64,000 nucleotides of DNA from Candidatus Thorarchaeota archaeon (GTDB taxonomy: Archaea > Asgardarchaeota > Thorarchaeia > Thorarchaeales > Thorarchaeaceae), in NCBI GenBank assembly GCA_046758445.1, contig JBHIAE010000002.1:1-64000 (forward strand), read 5' to 3'. The position numbers and the translations under genes are program-made. Below are positions 57,388-64,000 of the stretch, in pieces. Numbering within the stretch: position 1 is the first letter of the stretch; each line of letters starts with the position of its first letter. The notes below the pieces were generated by a model. That model was not told where the DNA came from and searched no databases. It saw only the letters and a program-made list of their open reading frames with translations.

Positions 57388-58356
57388 TCACAATCCAAAT
57401 GATTGCTTCAACACTTCAGGATTGAGCCCACCGGCCTTGTACGTCTTTCCGTTGACTATATCGTTGATGGTTATCTCAGCCGGGCTGAACAGATGAGGAT
57501 CGACCTTGTAGAAGTCGAACTCGACGCTCTTGAACAGTTTGTAGAACGGTTTTCCGTAGTGGCTGGAAGCAGAAGATGGTGCCTTTTCAGTCAGTGCGAC
57601 GAGGTCATCGTTCTCATCCGGTCTGATGAAATAGAAAGTCCTTCCACCGTATAGAATACAGTCATTAGCCACACCCATGGCTCTAAGGTCATTCTTGGCG
57701 ACAGGACCGATCGGTGCCACACCGTGTCCTGTCCTTATCTTGTCTAAGTCGAGTCCAAGCTCATGTAGCTTGTGCACACCAGTTTCCACAATTCGGGCTG
57801 AGATTTGCACAGAACCTGCGATGCAGGCCGTAGGCGTCAACACACAGTACAAGTCCGAAGTCGAAACACCACACTTCTCTGCAATGAACTCGGTGGCGAA
57901 CTCGGGAGGCGGTGTTCTGGTTTCAAGGACTATTACACCTACCTTTGCCTTGTCCTTGTAGTCAATCTCTTCATACAATTCCGTTTCAACCGCAGCAAGA
58001 GCCCTAGCTGGTCCAGAACCCATTGCTTCATATTTCTCATCGTCTGTCTTGGCCTTAACAGACCATCCGGCGTACTGGGATCCCATGGCCGCAATCTTTG
58101 GATGGTCAGTGCTGACGACCACAGCTGGCAAAGTCATGTCGCCAATGTGCATGTGCGTGACTCTGACCGCACCCAGCCCGCCTAGACATATCTCTCCGAC
58201 GAGTTTCCCAGCCTCGATTCCTCCTGGGGCTTCAATACCCGTATCAATGAGGGTTGCTCCGTTGCTTTGTTCTGTAACAGCACAGCCAAGCTCGTCTTTC
58301 TTGTTCAGCATCTCGTCAACAATCTCAAATGCTTTCTCGTTTACACTTGGATTCAT
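57388..58356 (-). CDS. mch: Methenyl-H4MPT cyclohydrolase
   Basis: SQYAGW, GSGPARAL, GSVQISARIVE, NDCILYGG, DFYKVDP. Confidence 0.95.
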   Translation of the reverse strand: MNPSVNEKAFEIVDEMLNKKDELGCAVTEQSNGATLIDTGIEAPGGIEAGKLVGEICLGGLGAVRVTHMHIGDMTLPAVVVSTDHPKIAAMGSQYAGWSVKAKTDDEKYEAMGSGPARALAAVETELYEEIDYKDKAKVGVIVLETRTPPPEFATEFIAEKCGVSTSDLYCVLTPTACIAGSVQISARIVETGVHKLHELGLDLDKIRTGHGVAPIGPVAKNDLRAMGVANDCILYGGRTFYFIRPDENDDLVALTEKAPSSASSHYGKPFYKLFKSVEFDFYKVDPHLFSPAEITINDIVNGKTYKAGGLNPEVLKQSFGL

Positions 58357-58368
58357 TATCTCGTTTCC

Positions 58369-59220
58369 TCAAAGCAAATGTTCGTTCTCAGATCCTCGAA
58401 GATAGATCTCCACCTTAGGGTCGCCTTCTGCAAAATCACCCATGAACTTGACCCACTTCTCATTCCTTCCTATGCCGGCTAGGAAATCAGGCCTCCGAGT
58501 CTGCAGATATCTCAGGTAGTAGCCAGTGAACTCCCTCTCGGACTTTCCACTAAACTTGTAGGTGGGGAGTAGTGAGTCCATCTTTCCTAGGCAGAGTATC
58601 ATTCCTTTTGTCGCCTCGACTCCTACACGCTCTGCCATGTCGCCCACTACAATGATCGTGCCCCCCTTCATTCTGACAGCTGCCAGTCTATCCACATTGC
58701 CTCTCACAGCAATGAAGCCCTTCCGCATGTGTGACCCCATCTCTCGTCCCACGTTGCTCGCCACATAGACCCTGCCCCCCTTCATCCCATCGGTGCTTCC
58801 GCGGTAGCCTGCACAGAGGTAATCCGCGGCATCACCTTCAATCTGAATGTTACCTCCCTCAATCTCAGCGGCAGCCCATGGCCCAACGGAGCCCTTAACA
58901 TGTATCCTTCCAGCAACCATCTCGGCTCCAAGATACATGCCTACATCACCCTCAACAGTGATTCTCCCACCATTCATGCCTTTGCCGATCATCTTCACTT
59001 TCTTTAGATTCCCGCTCACTGTGATCTCAGTTTCATCGGCAGAACTGCCAGCCTCTCCAGAAATATCGAAGAAGGTCTTCAACTCAAGAGTCTGGTTTCC
59101 TTGTAGAATTGGCAGTCTTCCAATCTCAGCGGCGCTCTTTCCAGCAAAGTGTGACGGAGTTATCGTGTCCGCCTCTAACGGAATGTCTGGCTCGTGGGTC
59201 AGCTTCAGATACACGGTCAT
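58369..59220 (-). CDS. fwdC: Formylmethanofuran dehydrogenase subunit C
   Basis: GXGXG repeats, YRGSTDGMKGG, LLPTY. Confidence 0.92.
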   Translation of the reverse strand: MTVYLKLTHEPDIPLEADTITPSHFAGKSAAEIGRLPILQGNQTLELKTFFDISGEAGSSADETEITVSGNLKKVKMIGKGMNGGRITVEGDVGMYLGAEMVAGRIHVKGSVGPWAAAEIEGGNIQIEGDAADYLCAGYRGSTDGMKGGRVYVASNVGREMGSHMRKGFIAVRGNVDRLAAVRMKGGTIIVVGDMAERVGVEATKGMILCLGKMDSLLPTYKFSGKSEREFTGYYLRYLQTRRPDFLAGIGRNEKWVKFMGDFAEGDPKVEIYLRGSENEHLL

Positions 59221-59376
59221 AGGTCAGACCTTCCCAGTGTCGCTTTTTGAAAACTTTCCACCTGATAAAAGCTCTGCACAGGTCATGTGGTTTGGCCTTA
59301 CAGCTGGTAGTAACAAAGAAATAGCACAGTGCCGCAGCAATCAGCACGACTCTCAGCCGCTATTGTGGTGCGCAAG

Positions 59377-60273
59377 ATGGAGATTAACGGTGTACCTATT
59401 GAGGACACGTTCGCAGAAGCATTCGGAATGCACATGAACAGGACCATCATCACTGCCTATGATCAGGAGTGGGCCTACACTACTGCTCTTGAAGCCACAG
59501 GGTTTGGCACTTCAGTGATCATGGCACCTGCAGAGGCCGGAATAGAGTATCTCTTAGGACCAGACGAAACCCCTGACGGCCGTCCTGGGGTGAGAGTCAT
59601 ATTCGCAGTGGGTTCGAAGAAGAAACTCGAGCCTCAGCTTCTAGCCCGACTTGGCCAGTGTGTACTAACCAGTCCGACGGCTTCAGCCTTTGATGACACC
59701 CCTAATCCAAAGGAGCGCTACGTCATCGGAAAGAAGATCTCACTCTTTGGTGATGGATACCAAGTTAAGAAGGGGCCGATTGACGGGAGAGTCCTATGGT
59801 TCATACCTAGGATGAGTGGGACCTGTGTCATGCAAGACATGTTTGGCCGTGTGAAGGGTGTGGCGGGCGGAAACATCATTTATTGCTGCGAAGACATTGA
59901 GAGTGGAATGAATAGCGGAAAGGCGGCAGTAAAGGCGATAGAGAAGGTAGAAGGCGCATACACTCCATTCCCTGGAGGCCTTGTAGGATCCGGGTCCAAA
60001 CCCTCTTCGCGATACAAGGTACTCTTTGCCTCCACTAACGAGAAGTTCTGTCCTACCCTACGTGCCTTGGTTCCGGGCACGGAGGTTCCCAAGGGCAGCG
60101 AGTTTGTCCAGGAGATAGTCATCAACGGTCTGACAGAAAGGGCTGTCGCCAACGCTATGAAGGTCGCAATCGAAGAGGTCTGCAAACATCCTGGAATTAC
60201 GAAGATGACCGCAGGGAACTACGGTGGCAAACTTGGACAATATCAGATTCGATTGCACAATCTGTTCAAATAG
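59377..60273 (+). CDS. ftr: Formylmethanofuran:H4MPT formyltransferase
   Basis: MEINGVPIEDTFAEAF, TPDGRPG, GQCVLT, EIVING, AGNYGGKLG. Confidence 0.95.
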   Translation: MEINGVPIEDTFAEAFGMHMNRTIITAYDQEWAYTTALEATGFGTSVIMAPAEAGIEYLLGPDETPDGRPGVRVIFAVGSKKKLEPQLLARLGQCVLTSPTASAFDDTPNPKERYVIGKKISLFGDGYQVKKGPIDGRVLWFIPRMSGTCVMQDMFGRVKGVAGGNIIYCCEDIESGMNSGKAAVKAIEKVEGAYTPFPGGLVGSGSKPSSRYKVLFASTNEKFCPTLRALVPGTEVPKGSEFVQEIVINGLTERAVANAMKVAIEEVCKHPGITKMTAGNYGGKLGQYQIRLHNLFK

Positions 60274-60308
60274 ATGACACGCAGGCCACCGCCGGCACTC
60301 CAATTACA

Positions 60309-60938
60309 TTAGAAACTCTTCATGACTTTCCTTGCTTTCTTGACCACTGACTTGACGTCACTTGACAAGAAAGGTTCCACAAACTTCTTGACTCTTGGTG
60401 CAAACTCAGGATTACCAACAAAGGGTTCCATGGCCTCTACGATGAAGCCAATGCGATTTCCCGGAAAGTACTCAGTCTGACTCAGGAGCATCTCAAGAAT
60501 CTCTGATGCGGTTTCTGGGAAGGCCCCAGCTATCTTCGCCAACGCACGGACTGAATGTCCTTGAAGCACAATGCTCTTGTCGCTGAGAAAGTCCGCAATT
60601 CTCCCTATCAGGGCCGGAGTCTTGTTCTGCTTGTCAACCGATGCGAGGTTGCCAAGAGCACATACAGCTTCCCAGCGAAGAACGGGGGCTTGGGCCTCAA
60701 GATTTGCGACAAGGACCTCCACGTGGGGATAAAGGAGATCTGGCTTATCTCCAGAGAAAAGAGAGGCCAACTCTGCACACCCACTTTGCACTCTTCTCTC
60801 TTCAGAATCAAGAACTTTGATGATGTCGTCTAGATATGCTGTAGGCTTCTCTGAGATATGCATGTTATAGAGGTCCTTGGGTCTGGTTCCATCCTCCCAC
60901 TTCCCGGCAAGCGCTCTGTGAATGTCGACCTTCGTCAT
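60309..60938 (-). CDS. HEAT/ARM-like repeat hypothetical protein
   Basis: Helical repeats (LRWEAVCALGNL, SVRALAKIA). Confidence 0.7.
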   Translation of the reverse strand: MTKVDIHRALAGKWEDGTRPKDLYNMHISEKPTAYLDDIIKVLDSEERRVQSGCAELASLFSGDKPDLLYPHVEVLVANLEAQAPVLRWEAVCALGNLASVDKQNKTPALIGRIADFLSDKSIVLQGHSVRALAKIAGAFPETASEILEMLLSQTEYFPGNRIGFIVEAMEPFVGNPEFAPRVKKFVEPFLSSDVKSVVKKARKVMKSF

Positions 60939-61130
60939 ATGTCCGGCAACTCCTCAACTCGTGGTGTCTGACAGACCTGTCATATCATCATCACATAAAG
61001 AGAACACTATCTTCATGAGCCGCTTCTGCTGTCACCTATATTGGAGATGTTGTTGATTTGGACATCTTCGTTCTATACTTACACACACCAAATGACTCTG
61101 GGTGTTTAATACCTAATCATCTGAACTAGT

Positions 61131-62048
61131 ATGAAAGGAGTGTGTATGGACATCCCTTCAGCGAAAGACGATGACATGCCAATTGACTTTCAGCAGCGAA
61201 GAACGAAAGCCATGTTATGTCCAGATGAAGTCAGACGTCTATACTTTGATGAGGGTCTATCACAAAAACAGATAGCAGAGAGGGCAGGTTGGAAAACTGC
61301 ACATCCAGTTCGGAGAATCTTCAATGAACAGGGTTGGATACCCCGTGTTCAGAGAGGAGGGGTTAGTCCACGCCATTTTAGGAATGATGAAGAAAGAAGA
61401 CACGCTAGAAGTGAGCATAAGAAGAAATCAGCTCAAAGGATTAAGGATTTGAGAGAGAAACTGTTTGGAAAGGAATGCGGTCTATGTGGGGTGAGTAAAG
61501 AAGAGAAGATTCTTCCTGTTCATCGGAAAGATTGAACGAAACATGAAGAAGAAGCCCTTAGAAGAATGGGTTTTCTCAAATCACTTGATCCCGAAGAATA
61601 TGTAGCTCTGTGCACTTCCTGTCATCGCGGAGCCCATTGGCTAATGGAACAACACGGAATGAAATGGAGCGAAATCCACGATCACAGAGGAAGGAAACAG
61701 AAGGCCATCACACAGGCTAAGGAGAGAATAGACCTACCTGATAAGAATACGCCATCTTCTGACAGATATCGTGAACTACAAAAACAAGGAAACAGCAATC
61801 TGGAAAATCTGCGATGTGAACTTTTCGGTGAGAGTTGTCATTTTTGCGGAACTCGTTCAACAGAGAAGAAGATTGTAGTTCATAGGAAGGATTTCCGACC
61901 GCACAACAAGAGATTACTCGAGTCAAAGAGGTATTTGCGGACGTTGAATCCGGACGATTGGGCAGCATTATGCAACAAGTGTCATCGCTATACTCATTGG
62001 GCACACGAAATCCTAGGAATGGATAAGGACGACCTGAACTTGATGTAG
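61131..62048 (+). pseudogene. HTH plus tandem HNH-like zinc domains, interrupted by in-frame TGA (61533-61535)
   Basis: Two track ORFs in the same frame; two CxxC...VHRKD...LCxxCH repeats; N-terminal GLSQKQIAE HTH. Confidence 0.75.
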
Positions 62049-62095
62049 ACTGCGGAAGCTTTATCTCAGTCACACATTGGGTTTGCATCACGGAT

Positions 62096-62205
62096 GCCCC
62101 AGTAGCTCAGACCGGTTAGATCGCCTCCTTGGTAAGGAGGAGGCCGCGGGACTTCATGGACGTCTGCACCATGGAGCGCGAATTCGAATCCCGCCTGGGG
62201 CTCCA
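62096..62205 (+). tRNA. tRNA-Thr(GGU) with 32-nt non-canonical intron at 53/54 (62151-62182)
   Basis: GCCCCAG/CTGGGGC, CCTCC-TTGGTAA-GGAGG, T-stem GCGGG|TTCGAAT-CCCGC, BHB with CGCG/CGCG central helix, encoded CCA. Confidence 0.9.
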
Positions 62206-62227
62206 CATCATACATGAGTCGATAATC

Positions 62228-62470
62228 CTACTCCAATTGATAATAGATGACCTCTGCAATCTTGTTTATCGGGACAATGACCCTAACTCTCTCAGTCTTG
62301 TGCCGTGATTTCTCATCCGTGTCGGCTGCCCTTTCGATCTCGATGTATTCCCTTCCGACGTGTTTGATGATACCCTCAACCGTCTTCAAGTGCAGATCGT
62401 CGGCGGTTGTATCTACTACGACCTTCACTACCACTGCAGCCTCCATAAGGTCCTGAAACTTGTTCATCAT
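62228..62470 (-). CDS. Small hypothetical protein (possible Sm/SH3-like beta barrel)
   Basis: 80 aa, AGGTGA upstream, VEGIIKHVGREYIEI...VIVPINKI pattern. Confidence 0.6.
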   Translation of the reverse strand: MMNKFQDLMEAAVVVKVVVDTTADDLHLKTVEGIIKHVGREYIEIERAADTDEKSRHKTERVRVIVPINKIAEVIYYQLE

Positions 62471-62609
62471 GGTTTGTTCACCTATTCAGTATTCAATAGT
62501 GTCCGAGGTCTGACTTATAGTTTGGCCAATGTGCGTTGACAACACTGGATTCAGACCATGTCAATGGATCGACCAAGTACGGATTGGTTGCCTTAGGCCG
62601 TGGGATTGA

Positions 62610-62975
62610 CTAGTCATAGTTAGTGGTCCAGTCCTTCACAATGTCCTCAGTGTGCAGGCTACTGTGGTTCTTCAGGCGTTCATCACTGCGAAGTCGGGTT
62701 AGAGATCTGATCACAAGATACATCCCTACTATCGCCAGCACCAGAATTCCAATAGATAGTCCGATGATGAAGCCCATTACTTCTATCATAGAGTAGTAGC
62801 TTGAAGTTGCTACGAGGATAGCTAGGAGTGACAAGGGAATTGTGAGAATTCCAATACCAGTGCGAAGCTCGGCCAAATGAGTCCTCTTCTCTGCTTCAAT
62901 GGTCCTGATTATTGCCAATGCTGTCGTAAGGTCCAATAGTTCTTGATTCGATAGGTCTGATTCCAAGCAGATCAC
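62610..62975 (-). CDS. 2-TM membrane protein (DUF202-like)
   Basis: AEKRTHLAELRTG followed by two TM helices. Confidence 0.65.
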   Translation of the reverse strand: MICLESDLSNQELLDLTTALAIIRTIEAEKRTHLAELRTGIGILTIPLSLLAILVATSSYYSMIEVMGFIIGLSIGILVLAIVGMYLVIRSLTRLRSDERLKNHSSLHTEDIVKDWTTNYD

Positions 62976-62982
62976 ATTCTAT

Positions 62983-63192
62983 CTATGTCTTATGGGTTCG
63001 TTTCTTTCGCAGTAGTCGACGAGCTTCTTCAGGCCCTACCAGGTCCGAGATCCTCTCGAGGGCCTCGTCTTCATCTAGCTCCTCAAGCCATTTCTCTATT
63101 TCTTGTCGGACCCCAGGTGACAGGTCCTTCGCATGCTTCTTTAGTCGACCTTTCTTGCCCTTGCCGAAGTCATCTGGTCCCAACAAGCTCAA
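62983..63192 (-). CDS. Small hypothetical protein
   Basis: 69-aa charged helical ORF, co-oriented with its neighbour. Confidence 0.5.
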   Translation of the reverse strand: MSLLGPDDFGKGKKGRLKKHAKDLSPGVRQEIEKWLEELDEDEALERISDLVGPEEARRLLRKKRTHKT

Positions 63193-63416
63193 TGTTTCTA
63201 CACCTATGTCGCCAACCTACCATTTGGTTAAGACGCTTCCTCTTATGACACCACTCAGAAACGCAGGACCTTGTCCTGCTTCAGTCACGAGGTGGTCAGA
63301 GATGGGAATGCAGAGTCATGCATAGACTCTGAGTCTAGTGTGCGCTGAGGTGTGAATTGATACTGACATTCCAGAGATACTCTTATATCCAAAGATGGCG
63401 GACCGTGCGACCGCAT

Positions 63417-63494
63417 GGGTCGGTGGTCTAGCTTGGCTATGATTCCTGGTTTGGGTCCAGGGGATCGTGAGTTCAAATCTCACCCGGCCCACCA
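63417..63494 (+). tRNA. tRNA-Pro(UGG)
   Basis: GGGTCGG/CCGGCCC, CCTGG-TTTGGGT-CCAGG, GTGAGTTCAAATCTCAC, encoded CCA. Confidence 0.95.
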
Positions 63495-64000
63495 CACCTT
63501 TGGGTGATGACACGTCTAGACAAGTCTGGCCACAATACTATACGTCAACTGGAGAAGCAGACCTGACACCGACTAGTGCCGCTCAATACACAAAGTGTGT
63601 TATGAGATACGAGAGTTTATATCCTGTATTACTTATTATGTGTTACGCTTGGGATTCTGATAACCACGCATGAATTCGGAATCCACAAACAAGAAATGGT
63701 GTAGAGAGAGCTAAGAGGGATATTACTCTCCCTTGCGGAAATCGTGGTGCTGGCTTCAAATTGAGGAACGGCCCAGACATGCGTTCTATTCCTTCTTTGC
63801 CTCCCCTTCCCCATTTCGTTTCAGGAGGGAGGGGGGCCCCAAGACCTAGAAACAGATGATGGCGCTCGCCTTAGACAACGGTTTCTCGTGAGAGTTTCAT
63901 TATGCTCATGGTCTATGCATCTCTGGCAGAGCCACAATGGAATTCGGCAAAAGTCGAAATCCTTATCACTGAAACGATGCGAACAAATCAAGCCATGGCA

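Noticed and set aside
84-60833. Many antisense or overlapping track ORFs (for example 279-695, 9650-10315, 21585-22322, 58847-59437)
   Set aside because: They are shadows of well-supported genes on the opposite strand or in another frame.
61533-61535. Selenocysteine or other recoding of the TGA
   Set aside because: The position is not a Cys-type site (Phe in the sister repeat, Gly expected) and no SECIS was recognised.
63495-64000. Possible decayed membrane gene or island after tRNA-Pro
   Set aside because: Only stop-interrupted hydrophobic fragments; no att repeat or integrase is visible before the window ends.

Overview
Archaeal chromosomal segment. The gene set (eS30, SmAP3, FtsZ, Mch/Ftr/FwdC, SBBP-type and small secreted proteins) points to an Asgard archaeon, probably Thorarchaeia; this is an inference, and Bathyarchaeia is not excluded. 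Most of the window is housekeeping: the eS6-aIF2gamma-PIN-Rpo7-Spt4-eS24-eS31 cluster, DnaG, pelota, MetAP, RNase HII, Nop5/fibrillarin, PyrD/K, Elp3, archease, L3-L4-L23-L2, RHH-ftsZ, KorB/G, Mch/FwdC/Ftr and four tRNAs, three of which carry introns. Main signals: (1) An accessory island at about 26.5-34.4 kb is built around a 147-nt 5S rRNA gene that has an expansion segment. Four dispersed copies of the 5S 3' end occur here, three in tandem downstream and one inverted upstream. They delimit 0.9-2.1 kb cassettes of small membrane or secreted genes, and two of them carry compensatory changes from a different 5S allele. This resembles an integrase-less, 5S-anchored cassette array. (2) A decayed IS110 has long imperfect inverted repeats and a two-loop candidate bridge RNA. 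(3) An unexplained, multi-pseudoknot candidate ncRNA of about 360 nt lies upstream of dnaG. (4) A membrane-anchored HerA/VirB4-like ATPase is coupled to a large LAGLIDADG-like protein that the ORF track missed. (5) A HypD-like glycyl radical enzyme lacks the CxE glutamate. (6) A protease-less Lon-type AAA protein ends in an aromatic C-terminal tail. All structures and alignments were done by eye.
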